Positions 9,294 to 18,924 of a stretch of 64,000 nt of DNA are shown here, in pieces. Below the pieces are notes generated by a model. That model worked only from the letters and a program-made list of their open reading frames with translations, searched no databases and was not told where the DNA came from. The stretch comes from Glycocaulis sp. (GTDB taxonomy: Bacteria; Pseudomonadota; Alphaproteobacteria; Caulobacterales; Maricaulaceae). The DNA is taken from NCBI GenBank assembly GCA_046295255.1, contig JBKBNS010000006.1:3580-67579 (forward strand), read 5' to 3'. The position numbers were made by a program, and so were the translations under genes. Within the stretch, counting starts at the first letter, position 1. The number at the start of each line of letters is the position of its first letter.

Positions 9294-10606
9294 GCTGGTA
9301 TCCAGAACACGGCACGCAGACCCCCTTCGGGCGCCTCGTCCAGCGCCACGTCCCCGCCATGGGCGCGAGCCGCATCACGGGCGATGGCAAGGCCCAGCCC
9401 CACACCCTTCTGATTGGCATTGCGCGAGGGGTCGAGCCGGCTGAATGGCTTGAACGCCTCCTCGCGCAGCTCTTCGGGAATGCCCGGCCCGTCATCATCG
9501 ACGCGGAACTCGATACGCCCGCCGGTATGCACCACGGAGACAGCGACCTTCTCCCCGTGGGCGAGGGCATTATCGACCAGATTGGACAGGGCCCGGCGCA
9601 GCGTGCCGGCCCGCACCTCATGGACCAGCCCTTCCGGCAGGTTCAGCGCTATCTCGCGCCCGCCCCGCGCCGCATTGCCCGCGATCTCGCGGCACAGGGC
9701 CGCCAGATCCTCGCGCGTGCTCTCCTCCCCGCTCTGCCCGCGCGCAAAGGCGAGGTATTCCTCCAGCGCGGCTTCCATCTCGGCAATGTCGGCGATGGCG
9801 TCAGCTCGCTCCTGGCTTTCCGGCATCAGCGCGAGCTGCAGGCGCAGCCGGGTCAGCGGCGTGCGCAGATCATGGCTGACCCCGGCCAGCAGGGCGGTGC
9901 GCTGCTCCACATAGCGGATCAGGCGCTCGCGCATGTCGATGAAGGCGGTTGCTGCCTGGCGCACCTCGCGCGCGCCGGAGGGGCGGAAATCAGCCGTATC
10001 CTGCCCGCGCCCGAACGCCTCGGCTGCCGCCGCGAGCCGCTGGATCGGCTTGGCCTGATTGCGGATGAAGATGAGCGAGACCGCCGTCAGCAGGGTCGAG
10101 GCCCCGACAATCCACAGGATGAAGATATGGCCGGTGGTGGCAAAGGCACGCTCACGGGACGCGATGAAGCGCAGTACGCCAGCATCCACCTGCACACGTA
10201 TGTCGACATATTCAGGATAGCGCGTGGTATCGAACCAGAAATCGTGATTGAGCCGGGCCGTGAGCGCCCGGCGCAGCGACCGGTCCAGCGCGCGGAAGAA
10301 CGCCGTGCGCCGGACTTCCGGCAAGGTGTCGCCGTCGCGCAGATCCACCGACAGCCCCACCGTCTGGAAGGCGAGATTGGCCAGCGGATCAAACCCTTCC
10401 GGCCCGGCGCGCTCGTAAAGCGCGGTCACCATGGCGACATCGCCCGCCACGCTTTCCGACAGGCGCGCGGTCACAGTCTGCCAGTGTTCCTCGAAGAAGG
10501 ACCAGGTGACGGCCACTTGCATCACCGCCACAGGCAGGACAATGATGAGCAGGGACCGCCCGAAAAGGCTGGTCGGCAGGAAGCGCTTGATACCGAGCCC
10601 CATCAT
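9290..10606 (-). CDS. Sensor histidine kinase, EnvZ-like (HAMP-HisKA-HATPase)
   Basis: Two TM segments, SHDLRTPL, NLVDNA, DDGPGI and GVGLGL motifs. Confidence 0.93.
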   Translation of the reverse strand: MMGLGIKRFLPTSLFGRSLLIIVLPVAVMQVAVTWSFFEEHWQTVTARLSESVAGDVAMVTALYERAGPEGFDPLANLAFQTVGLSVDLRDGDTLPEVRRTAFFRALDRSLRRALTARLNHDFWFDTTRYPEYVDIRVQVDAGVLRFIASRERAFATTGHIFILWIVGASTLLTAVSLIFIRNQAKPIQRLAAAAEAFGRGQDTADFRPSGAREVRQAATAFIDMRERLIRYVEQRTALLAGVSHDLRTPLTRLRLQLALMPESQERADAIADIAEMEAALEEYLAFARGQSGEESTREDLAALCREIAGNAARGGREIALNLPEGLVHEVRAGTLRRALSNLVDNALAHGEKVAVSVVHTGGRIEFRVDDDGPGIPEELREEAFKPFSRLDPSRNANQKGVGLGLAIARDAARAHGGDVALDEAPEGGLRAVFWIPA

Positions 10607-11322
10607 GGTCTCACCAGCTCGCTGTCAAACACGGGCTCGGCCACAAGCTTGTAGCCCTCTCCGCGTACGGTTTGCAGGAAGACGGGGTCCTTGGGGTCGT
10701 CCTCGATCTTGCGGCGCAGGCGCGTCATCTGCACATCCACGGCGCGTTCTCCCGCCCCGCCTGCGGCGCGTTCGGAAAGCGAAAACCTATCTACCGCCTC
10801 TCCGGCTGACTGGGCGAGCGCGGTCAGCAATGCTGCCTCCCCGCCGGTCAGGCGCACGCGCGCCTCGCCCCGAATCAGCTGGCTGCTGTCGAGGTCAAAC
10901 ATCCAGTCCCCGAACCGCACCCGGCGCGCCGCCTGCTTTTTCGGCAGCACGCGGCGCAATATCGCCTGCACCCGCAAAATCAGCTCTTCGGGCTCGAAGG
11001 GTTTGGCCAGATAGTCATCCGCGCCCAGCGACAAGCCCCTGATCCGGTCTTCCGGCTCGCCGCGCGCGGTAAGAAGCAGGATGGGGCAGTCATGGCGCTT
11101 GCGCACTTCGCTGGTGAGCTCGAACCCGTCCATGCCCGGCATCATCACGTCAAGGATAAGCAGGTCAAAGGCCAGCGAGCGCAGCATGGCCAGCGCCTTG
11201 GCGGCATCGGGGGCTGCTGACACGCGAAAGCCCCGCTCACGCAGGAAGCGGGTGAGGAGCGTGCGGATGCGGTCGTCATCATCGACGACGAGGATATGGG
11301 TTTCAGGCGGCAGTCCGGTCAT
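10603..11322 (-). CDS. OmpR-family response regulator
   Basis: VVDDD, LDVMMP, KPF and winged-helix RAVDVQMTRLRRKIE...TVRGEGY. Confidence 0.95.
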   Translation of the reverse strand: MTGLPPETHILVVDDDDRIRTLLTRFLRERGFRVSAAPDAAKALAMLRSLAFDLLILDVMMPGMDGFELTSEVRKRHDCPILLLTARGEPEDRIRGLSLGADDYLAKPFEPEELILRVQAILRRVLPKKQAARRVRFGDWMFDLDSSQLIRGEARVRLTGGEAALLTALAQSAGEAVDRFSLSERAAGGAGERAVDVQMTRLRRKIEDDPKDPVFLQTVRGEGYKLVAEPVFDSELVRP

Positions 11323-11405
11323 CCCTGCTCCGCTGGTTCGGCACTCGCGGGCAAGGATGGACCGGATTGGCTCTGCCTAAAAGTGGCAGGATGTTTCAGG
11401 CCATT

Positions 11406-12776
11406 TCAGGCTGCGCGGATGCGGGCGAGGAAACCTGCCACATCGCCGCGCAACTGCTCGGCCTGACGGCCCAGCTCGCCGGCCGCGCTGACCACCGCTT
11501 CGGCGGACTGGCTGGTCTCGCGGGCACCGTCCAGCACCTCGGTGATGGTCTGGGAGACCATGCCCGAGCTTTCCGCGCTCTGATTGGTATTGCGCTCGAT
11601 CTCGGCCGTGGCCGCGCTCTGCTGTTCCACCGCTGCGGAGATGGACGCCGAGACGCCATTGACCTGCTCGATCGAGCCCGACACCGCCTCGATGGCCTGC
11701 ACCGCCGCGCCGACCACCTCTTGCACATTGGTGATCTGGCTGGAGATTTCCTCTGTCGCCTTTGCCGTCTGGGCGGCCAGCGATTTCACCTCGCTGGCCA
11801 CGACCGCAAAGCCCTTGCCAGCCTCGCCAGCCCGTGCCGCCTCGATAGTGGCATTCAGCGCCAGCAGATTGGTCTGCTCGGCGACATTCTCGATCAGGCT
11901 GACAATCGTGCCGATCTTCTCCGCAGCAGCCGCCAGCTCGGACATGGTGGTGGCCGTGCGACGGGCATCCTCGGACGCTTGCGACGAGACGCCGGCCGCT
12001 TCGCCCGCCCGTTCGGAAATCTCGCCAATGGCGCGCGTCAGCTCGCCTGCGGCCTGCGCGACCGTGCGCGCGGCGGTGCTGGCCTGCTCGGAGGCGGCTG
12101 CCACGGAGGAGGAACGCTCGCTGGTGCCTTCGGCCGTCCGCGCCATGGTCTGGGCGGTAACCGACAATTCCTCGGACGCGGCGGCCACAGACTGGACGAT
12201 GGCCGAGATCGTCTTCTCGAACTCGTCAGCGAGCTTGTCGCGTTCTTCGTTCTTGGCTTTCTGCGCACACGCCTCGATGGTCGACATGCACAAATCCATG
12301 TCGAGCATGGTCGCCTTGATCAGCGTATCGAGGGTCGCCTCAAGCTCCTGCTCCTGCGCCTTGCTGCGCAGGAAACCCTTGCCGGACAAAGAGCGGCGCG
12401 TGATCGCGCGCGTCATACCGCCGAGGATTTTGGCGTAGCCGCCGAAATACCAGGCCGGCTTCAGACCGAGTCGGGCATGGGTCTCGCCAATGCGCTGCAC
12501 GGACTGGAGATATTCCTGCCCGTACTCGGCATCACAGATGCGCAGCCAGTGCTCTATCTGCTTCTGGCGCGCATGGGCGCGCATCTCGGCATCCTTGAAC
12601 AGCACATCGACTTCGGGATGCTTGGAGATGTCCAGATAGAACTGGTCGAGAATTGCCGGCAGCTCTGCTGCGACCAGCGGTTTGGCGGCCCGCAGCCTAG
12701 CACGGTCCGCATCTGAAAAATTCATGAATTCAAAGCGTTCCGAGAAGTTCATGTTGACCGAGGTCATGACAGCCAC
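11406..12776 (-). CDS. Globin-coupled soluble methyl-accepting chemotaxis protein (HemAT-like)
   Basis: N-terminal protoglobin ([23 protein letters not shown]) plus MCP signature [31 protein letters not shown]; no TM; exact start uncertain. Confidence 0.88.
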   Translation of the reverse strand: MAVMTSVNMNFSERFEFMNFSDADRARLRAAKPLVAAELPAILDQFYLDISKHPEVDVLFKDAEMRAHARQKQIEHWLRICDAEYGQEYLQSVQRIGETHARLGLKPAWYFGGYAKILGGMTRAITRRSLSGKGFLRSKAQEQELEATLDTLIKATMLDMDLCMSTIEACAQKAKNEERDKLADEFEKTISAIVQSVAAASEELSVTAQTMARTAEGTSERSSSVAAASEQASTAARTVAQAAGELTRAIGEISERAGEAAGVSSQASEDARRTATTMSELAAAAEKIGTIVSLIENVAEQTNLLALNATIEAARAGEAGKGFAVVASEVKSLAAQTAKATEEISSQITNVQEVVGAAVQAIEAVSGSIEQVNGVSASISAAVEQQSAATAEIERNTNQSAESSGMVSQTITEVLDGARETSQSAEAVVSAAGELGRQAEQLRGDVAGFLARIRAA

Positions 12777-12888
12777 CTGCTTTCAAACGGAATGAATATG
12801 AATATTCCGCACAGAAACCGGACCACGATTGGGATTAAGGAAATTTAAAGCATGCGACCCAACTTAAGCGCGCTAAATCTTTATTTTA

Positions 12889-13479
12889 TCAGTGTCGGCG
12901 ACTGGCGGCTCTCACATAGGGCAGGGCGCTCCACACCGTGAGCGCGGCAGCCAGCCACACACCGCCGACCCAGATGTAGAACCAGCGCCCCACATCATCG
13001 AAGCCGAGCGCCACCAGCACGAAGGGCAGGGCCACAAGCAGCATGGTCAGCGCGGTCTTGGCCTTGGCCTCCGCCGTGACAGCATAGCTACCGGCCTGAC
13101 GTGCCGGCCCGGCAAGGCGCAGGCCCGTAACGGCGATGTCGCGGACGAGAATGATGGCCACCGGCGCGGTCAGCCACGGATCGGTGCCGGAGATCAGCAC
13201 GAAGGCGGCGAGATAGGCTCCGGTCAGCATTTTGTCGGCTATGGGATCAAGCAGCGCGCCGAGCGCACTCTGCGCGTCCAGGCTGCGCGCCAGCGCGCCG
13301 TCGAGCCAGTCAGTCAGCGCGGCAAGCGCAAACACGATTCCCGAGGCGAGGCCGAGATAGACCGCGTTCTCCTCCAGACCGGCCCCGGCGCTTTGCAGCA
13401 GCAGCCACGCGCCGAAAAGCCCCGCCAGCCCGCGCGACACGGTGATGATGTTCGGGAGGTGGACCAGAAAAGCGCGCAT
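12889..13479 (-). CDS. pgsA: CDP-alcohol phosphatidyltransferase (PgsA-like)
   Basis: LPNIIT, DWLDGALAR...LGALLDPIADK motif; follows uvrC. Confidence 0.85.
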   Translation of the reverse strand: MRAFLVHLPNIITVSRGLAGLFGAWLLLQSAGAGLEENAVYLGLASGIVFALAALTDWLDGALARSLDAQSALGALLDPIADKMLTGAYLAAFVLISGTDPWLTAPVAIILVRDIAVTGLRLAGPARQAGSYAVTAEAKAKTALTMLLVALPFVLVALGFDDVGRWFYIWVGGVWLAAALTVWSALPYVRAASRRH

Positions 13480-13486
13480 GCAATCC

Positions 13487-15394
13487 CTATTCGTGGAAAT
13501 GATCGTAAATCTTGCGGGCGAGCCCCTTTGAGACCCCCTCCACCGCTTCAAGGTCAGCGAGGTTGGCACGCGCCACGGCTCTGGCCGAGCCGAAATGCTT
13601 CAACAGGGCCGCCCGGCGGGACGCCCCGATCCCGGCAATATCATCCAGCGGATTATCGCGCAGCGAGCGGGTGCGCGCGGCACGGTGGCCGGTAATGGCA
13701 AAACGGTGCGCCTCATCGCGCAGACGTTGCAGATAATAGAGCACAGGGTCATTTGCCGGCAGGCGGAAGGGGGCTTTGCCCTCCATGTAGAAATCTTCCC
13801 GGCCGGCATTGCGGTCCGGCCCCTTGGCGATGGCGGCGAGCGGAATGTCGGCCATGCCGAGCTCCTCCATCACCGCTCTGGCCGCTGAAAGCTGGCCCTT
13901 GCCGCCATCGACCAGAACAAGGCCGGGCACGGGCGCGCCGTCCTCGCGTTCCTTGGCCAGCCTTGCAAAGCGGCGGCGCAGCATGGCGGCCATCATGGCG
14001 AAATCATCATTGGTGGCGGCATCGCCGCCCTTCATGTTGAAGCGCCGATACTGACTTTTCTCGAGGCCCTCCGGCCCAGCCACGATCATGGCGCCCAGCG
14101 CATTGGAGCCCTGGATGTGGGAGTTGTCATAGACCTCGATCCGCTCCGGGCGGGCGTCCAGCCCAAACACCCGTGCCACGCCATCGAGAAGCTGGGCCTG
14201 ACTTTTGGACTCGGCCAGCGTGCGGCCCAGTGCCTCACGCGCATTGGTCATCGCCTGATCGACGAGCTGCGTCTTGCCGCCGCGCTGGGGCTTGCGGATT
14301 TCCACCGCGTGGCCTGCCCGCAAGGACAGCGCCTCCGCCAGCAGTTCGGACTGTTCCGGCGCATGGGAGACGAGGATCAGCGCGGGCGCGGGCTTGTCCT
14401 CATAAAATTGCGCGATGAAGGCTTCGAGCACTTCAGAGGGGCCGGCATCGGCCTCATGGCGCGGATAGAAGGCCCGGTTGCCCCAGTTCTGGCCCGCCCG
14501 GAAGAAGAAGATCTGCACGCAGCTCTTGCCGCCCTCCTGATGGACAGCGATCACATCGGCCTCCTCAATGCCGTCCGGATTGATGCCCTGACTGGTGGTA
14601 ACGGCAGCAATCGCGCGCAGGCGATCCCTCAATCTGGCCGCGCGTTCAAAGTCCAGGGCTTCCGATGCGGTTTGCATGTCGGCCTGCAGGCGTTCGCGTA
14701 AAGCGCCCGAGCGCCCGCGCAGGAACTCGCGCGCCTCCACCACCAGCTCGTCATAGCGCTCCGGGCTGATGAAATCGACGCAAGGGCCCGCGCAGCGCTT
14801 GATCTGGTAGAGCATGCAGGGGCGCGTGCGTGCCTCGAATACGCTGTCGGTGCAGGTGCGCAGGAGGAAGGCCTTCTGCAGCGTGTTGAGCGTGTTGTTG
14901 ACCGCGCCTGCCGAGGCAAAGGGCCCGAAATACTCCCCTTTCACCTTGCGCGCGCCGCGATGCTTCATCAGCTGGGCCGAGGCGTGCTCGGTGCGGATGA
15001 GGATGTAGGGGAAGGATTTGTCGTCGCGCAGGATGATGTTGAAGCGGGGCTTTAGCCGCTTGATCAGATTGGCTTCCAGCAGCAGCGCCTCGGTCTCGGT
15101 CGCCGTGACGACGAACTCCATGCTGGCGGTCAGCGCGATCATCAGCGCAATGCGGTTATTGTGCCCGCCGGACTTGGCATAGTTCGACACGCGCGCTTTG
15201 AGCTGGCGCGCCTTGCCCACATACAAGACCTCGCCATCGGCCCCATACATCCGGTAGACGCCCGGCTTCATGGGCAGGCGCTTCACGTAGTCGGCAATGA
15301 TCTCCGGCCCCGTGCGCCCGGCCTCCAGCGCCGCTGGCGCGGAAAGCGTAGCCGCCATGTCTGGCGGGGCATCGGGTTTGTCAGCGCGGGCCAT
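13487..15394 (-). CDS. uvrC: Excinuclease ABC subunit C
   Basis: [53 protein letters not shown] and HhH motifs. Confidence 0.98.
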   Translation of the reverse strand: MARADKPDAPPDMAATLSAPAALEAGRTGPEIIADYVKRLPMKPGVYRMYGADGEVLYVGKARQLKARVSNYAKSGGHNNRIALMIALTASMEFVVTATETEALLLEANLIKRLKPRFNIILRDDKSFPYILIRTEHASAQLMKHRGARKVKGEYFGPFASAGAVNNTLNTLQKAFLLRTCTDSVFEARTRPCMLYQIKRCAGPCVDFISPERYDELVVEAREFLRGRSGALRERLQADMQTASEALDFERAARLRDRLRAIAAVTTSQGINPDGIEEADVIAVHQEGGKSCVQIFFFRAGQNWGNRAFYPRHEADAGPSEVLEAFIAQFYEDKPAPALILVSHAPEQSELLAEALSLRAGHAVEIRKPQRGGKTQLVDQAMTNAREALGRTLAESKSQAQLLDGVARVFGLDARPERIEVYDNSHIQGSNALGAMIVAGPEGLEKSQYRRFNMKGGDAATNDDFAMMAAMLRRRFARLAKEREDGAPVPGLVLVDGGKGQLSAARAVMEELGMADIPLAAIAKGPDRNAGREDFYMEGKAPFRLPANDPVLYYLQRLRDEAHRFAITGHRAARTRSLRDNPLDDIAGIGASRRAALLKHFGSARAVARANLADLEAVEGVSKGLARKIYDHFHE

Positions 15395-15424
15395 GACCCA
15401 AGAGATAGGAGAGAATCGCGGCGG

Positions 15425-15444
15425 CGTCAGCGCCAGCGTTCATA
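15425..15444. repeat. 20-bp direct repeat, copy 1 (CGTCAGCGCCAGCGTTCATA)
   Basis: Identical to 15976-15995. Confidence 0.95.
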
Positions 15445-15967
15445 ACCGGAACCACCGGTCTTCATAGCGAAAGTGCGGACCAGCTCCTTCGGGCCGCTCG
15501 GACAGTTGTTTTGCTTGGATAGCCGCGCAGACGGCGAAGACAATACGGCGCGCGTCATGGGTGGCGGTGGCTAGCTCCTGCACGAGCACCTTCAGATCGC
15601 CGACATCTACTTGCTGCCAGTCTTTGGCGTCCATTACCTGTGAAAAAGTTTCATCGTCACTCGGGAACAGGCCATGCGCAATTTTATTTGATTTTTTGTA
15701 TGCTATCCCATGTTTAGTTTCAAATTCTATCGCTGCATTTTTTATTTCGAGCAAGTATTTATATTCAGAAATTTTTATTATTTCGTTTATAACTTCTGAA
15801 TTTCTTCCCCTGTCTTTATAATATTGATTCTCGGGCGCTTCCGACACTCCACTCAATGACATTCGCAACATAGTCGCGATCTGCTCACGCAGCAGGACGA
15901 TATAGCCAACCGTTGCCAAAAACTCGGTGTTGGTCGGAATATGAATTGCTGGAGCGATTTTCATCAT
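15440..15967 (-). CDS. Low-GC orphan protein (175 aa), possible degenerate HEPN-like fold
   Basis: Open frame from ATG 15967; very AT-rich core (~15680-15830); contains KKSNKIAHG; lies between the two 20-bp repeats. Confidence 0.6.
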   Translation of the reverse strand: MMKIAPAIHIPTNTEFLATVGYIVLLREQIATMLRMSLSGVSEAPENQYYKDRGRNSEVINEIIKISEYKYLLEIKNAAIEFETKHGIAYKKSNKIAHGLFPSDDETFSQVMDAKDWQQVDVGDLKVLVQELATATHDARRIVFAVCAAIQAKQLSERPEGAGPHFRYEDRWFRL

Positions 15968-15975
15968 CGCCCCAT

Positions 15976-15995
15976 CGTCAGCGCCAGCGTTCATA
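15976..15995. repeat. 20-bp direct repeat, copy 2 (covers the YERWR-stop end of the folB paralogue)
   Basis: Identical to 15425-15444. Confidence 0.95.
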
Positions 15996-16397
15996 GCTGA
16001 CACCCACAGAGGCCGCGTCAGCGAGCGCGGTCAGCTTGTCCACACTCAGTTTCAGCCGGGTGATGCGCGCATCACGAAACAGCGTGTTGGCGATTTCCTG
16101 CACGAGGTCTTCGAGCAGCTCATGATGGCGCGCAGCGACAACCTGCCGGACGGTCTCGGCGAGCGCAGCATAATTCACGGCGTGATCCAGATCGGCGTCC
16201 GGCGCTACGGCCTCGCTCGTCACTTCCGCTTCTAGCGAGACTTCAATCGGCTGGGTGCGGCCATGCTCGCTGGCATAGACGCCCACCATCGCATCAAGGC
16301 GCAGCCTTTCCACCCGCACGCTCAGGCGCTCACCGGCAAGAGCCTTTTCGGCGCGCGGGGCAAGGGCCGCATCCGCGGGGGCAAGCGTCGGTTTCAT
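15978..16397 (-). CDS. folB: Dihydroneopterin aldolase/epimerase family (FolB/FolX), paralogue 2
   Basis: VGVYASEHGRTQ, VNY, LLEDL and VDK pattern; ATG at 16397. Confidence 0.8.
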   Translation of the reverse strand: MKPTLAPADAALAPRAEKALAGERLSVRVERLRLDAMVGVYASEHGRTQPIEVSLEAEVTSEAVAPDADLDHAVNYAALAETVRQVVAARHHELLEDLVQEIANTLFRDARITRLKLSVDKLTALADAASVGVSYERWR

Positions 16398-16430
16398 GCG
16401 AAATTCCCTGATGGCGGCAGGCAAGCAGGC

Positions 16431-16778
16431 TCAGACGAGCTCACGCACCACTTCATAGCCCAGAGACGGGCGTGCGACCGACACTTTTCTCAGCCGTGGC
16501 CAGCCGGGCTTCAGCCGGCCGGCGACAAAATCGGCAATCGCCTCCATGGACGGGCCGACGAGCCCCTCCACCTCGTTGAGCAGCGCATGGTCCAGCGGCG
16601 CCGCTGCGGCGATGAGATCATCGCGCAGCCGGTCAAGGTCTTCCACGCCCGGCTCAGCCTCGACCCAGGCGCGCACATAGTAGGAATGGCCGTGGATCTT
16701 GCGGCGCATATCATCGTCCGCCCCGAAGGCGGTGAAATGGGCGGCTTCAATGTTGGTTTGGGCGGAGATGAGCATCAT
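16431..16778 (-). CDS. 6-pyruvoyl-tetrahydropterin synthase/QueD family protein lacking the catalytic Cys
   Basis: EAAH, HGHSY, LDHALLNEV and PSMEAIA motifs. Confidence 0.85.
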   Translation of the reverse strand: MMLISAQTNIEAAHFTAFGADDDMRRKIHGHSYYVRAWVEAEPGVEDLDRLRDDLIAAAAPLDHALLNEVEGLVGPSMEAIADFVAGRLKPGWPRLRKVSVARPSLGYEVVRELV

Positions 16779-17161
16779 GGCAGCAGCTCCGATACCCCAA
16801 CACGATCCACCCCGTCGCGTATCCAGCGCATACGGCAGCCAACCCCGGCCACATCGGCGTAGACATCGGGCTTGCAGGTGCGCACCTGAAGCGCGCGCAC
16901 GGCATCAAACGCGGACAGGCGCGCAATGATGTCCTCGCAGAGCTTTTCCTGCAGGTTCACATGGCCGGAGACGGCCGCAGATTTCACCGCTGCCAGCGCC
17001 TGATCATAATCGAACACGGTGGCGATCGCGTCCGCCCCGTCCTGACGGGCGGGCAGGACGATATCAAGATCGACCAGCACGCGCTGGGGCGCGGCCTGTT
17101 CAAAATCGTGGATGCCGATGGACGCCGTCAGTTCGATGGCGCGAAAGCTGATCGCGTACAC
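16775..17161 (-). CDS. folB: Dihydroneopterin aldolase family (FolB), paralogue 1
   Basis: IGIHDFEQAAPQRV, FDYD, NLQEKL and KPDVY motifs. Confidence 0.82.
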   Translation of the reverse strand: MYAISFRAIELTASIGIHDFEQAAPQRVLVDLDIVLPARQDGADAIATVFDYDQALAAVKSAAVSGHVNLQEKLCEDIIARLSAFDAVRALQVRTCKPDVYADVAGVGCRMRWIRDGVDRVGVSELLP

Positions 17162-17169
17162 GGGCTCGC

Positions 17170-17946
17170 CTACTCCCTGATCTTGAACATCACATCGCGC
17201 TCAAGCGGGATCAGCCGCTGTCCGCAATCTACAAACATGGTGTGGCCGCTCGCCACGTCGCTGCCGGCCAGGAACACCGCAGCGCGGGCTATATCTTCAA
17301 CGCGGGGCGTGCGCGCAAGCGGGTTAACACAGCTGGAGCGTTCAAACTCCTCCTCGCTCTGGTCCCAGCTCGGACGGGCAAGGCCGGGCGCGAGGCCATA
17401 AAAGCGGATCGTGTCCGGGTCATAGTGCTGGGCGAACATTTCGGTGGCCGCCTTCAGCGCGATCTTGGTCGCGGTGTAGCTGAAGAAGTCCGGATTGAGA
17501 TTATCCACCTTCTGGTCGAGCAGATTGATCACCGAGCGGCGCCAGCTGGCCTCGCGCCCGGCAAACCGGCTCATCATCAGGCTGGGCGAGAGGAAATTGC
17601 CCGTCGACATGGATGTCCAGCGCGCCGCGTCGATACGGGCCGGGTTGTCATACTCGAAGGTCGAGGCGTTGTTCACCAGACAGTCAAGCCGACCGAACGC
17701 GTCCCACGCCGCATCGATGAGCGCAGGACCGGCCTCTGCGTCATCAAGGTCCGCCCCCAGCGCCACGGCGCGCACGCCCTCGCCTGCCAGCCCGGCGCAC
17801 AAGGCTTCGGCCTCGTCGCGGGAGTTGCGATAATGGACAGCGACATCCCAGCCTGCAGCCGCAAAGGCCCGGCTGATCTCCGCGCCAATCCGGCGCGCGC
17901 CACCCGTGACCAGAACGGCGGGCCTGACGCCCGGACTATCGGGCAT
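17170..17946 (-). CDS. SDR oxidoreductase, pteridine reductase-like (FolM/PTR1/PruA type)
   Basis: TGGARRIG, VHY, LVNNAS, D...NPDFFSYTATK motifs; adjacent to folB. Confidence 0.85.
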   Translation of the reverse strand: MPDSPGVRPAVLVTGGARRIGAEISRAFAAAGWDVAVHYRNSRDEAEALCAGLAGEGVRAVALGADLDDAEAGPALIDAAWDAFGRLDCLVNNASTFEYDNPARIDAARWTSMSTGNFLSPSLMMSRFAGREASWRRSVINLLDQKVDNLNPDFFSYTATKIALKAATEMFAQHYDPDTIRFYGLAPGLARPSWDQSEEEFERSSCVNPLARTPRVEDIARAAVFLAGSDVASGHTMFVDCGQRLIPLERDVMFKIRE

Positions 17947-18754
17947 GAATATCCTGCCAGTGCAGGAACAGGCCGGGCTGTTCGTTGATGAAGCCGCGCA
18001 CCATGAACATCAGGTCCTGCGCAAAATCGAGTTTCTTCACCGGGTTCACCAGAAAATCGGCATCAAGCCTGCGGGCCAGCACAACCCCGGTGAAAGCCTG
18101 GCCGAAAAGCGTGCGGCGCACCGGGCGGGGATTGACCCAATAGCCTTCGGCGCGGGCCGCTTCCAGCGTGTGCGGCACCAGCCCCTCAAACGCGGCGACA
18201 TCGCGCGCGGCCCCGGCTTCCTCCATCCGCGCGGAGGGCAGGAGAAGCACCACATTCGCCTTGGTGGCGTTGATCTCGACAGCAAACACCAGCGCCCGGC
18301 CATCGGCCTTGACCGCATTGTCCGTCTCCGCATGGGGATGGCAGCGTATGGCGTAGATCGCGGACGGGGCCTTGCGCGTGGAGAAGACCTGAACCTCCGG
18401 ATCGGCCACCGCCGGGCGGTTCACCTTCTTCGCGCCTGCTGCCAGCTGAAACTCTGGATCGACGAGGATGGTGGCCCGTTCGGGAATCGTCACATCCAGA
18501 AGCTGGCGGGTGCGCGTGATCAGGCCGGAGACGCCGCCCTGCGCGCTCGCGACAACCACGATGACCAGCAGGAGCGGGATGAGGATGGCCAGCAATTGCG
18601 CGCTCGCCATCAGCCAGCCGGAGCGCGAATCGTCGACAATGCCCTGATAGGCGAGCCCGCCATAGATGAGCGCCAGCGCCAGCAGGACAGCGACCACGCA
18701 GAACTGCGCCCAGCGCGGGATCACGATGGTGGAAAACGATGAGAAATAGTCCAC
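17936..18754 (-). CDS. Hypothetical membrane protein (two N-terminal TM helices plus a soluble domain)
   Basis: GTG start at 18754 after GGGAAGG; overlaps the SDR start by 11 nt. Confidence 0.7.
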   Translation of the reverse strand: MDYFSSFSTIVIPRWAQFCVVAVLLALALIYGGLAYQGIVDDSRSGWLMASAQLLAILIPLLLVIVVVASAQGGVSGLITRTRQLLDVTIPERATILVDPEFQLAAGAKKVNRPAVADPEVQVFSTRKAPSAIYAIRCHPHAETDNAVKADGRALVFAVEINATKANVVLLLPSARMEEAGAARDVAAFEGLVPHTLEAARAEGYWVNPRPVRRTLFGQAFTGVVLARRLDADFLVNPVKKLDFAQDLMFMVRGFINEQPGLFLHWQDIHAR

Positions 18755-18924
18755 GCCGGCACCCTTCCCGCTCTCGCCGCGCGACCTTAGCAAAGAATGG
18801 CGCGCATGCCAGATGAACCGATCAGCACACGCCCGCTCGACGCGCGCGGCTACACGGCCTAACAACGGGCCCTGTCCTATCGTTCCGCGCCTGCAGGTGC
18901 GGCGCGCGCCGAAAGCCTCCTGCC

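Noticed and set aside
15425-15995. CRISPR or integron interpretation of the 20-bp repeats
   Set aside because: Only two copies 551 bp apart, no cas genes, and no attC-like palindrome or integrase.
16431-16778. 7-deazaguanine DNA-modification (dpd) or QueC-type defence system
   Set aside because: No queC, queE, folE, tgt or dpdA in the window; the neighbours point to pterin metabolism.
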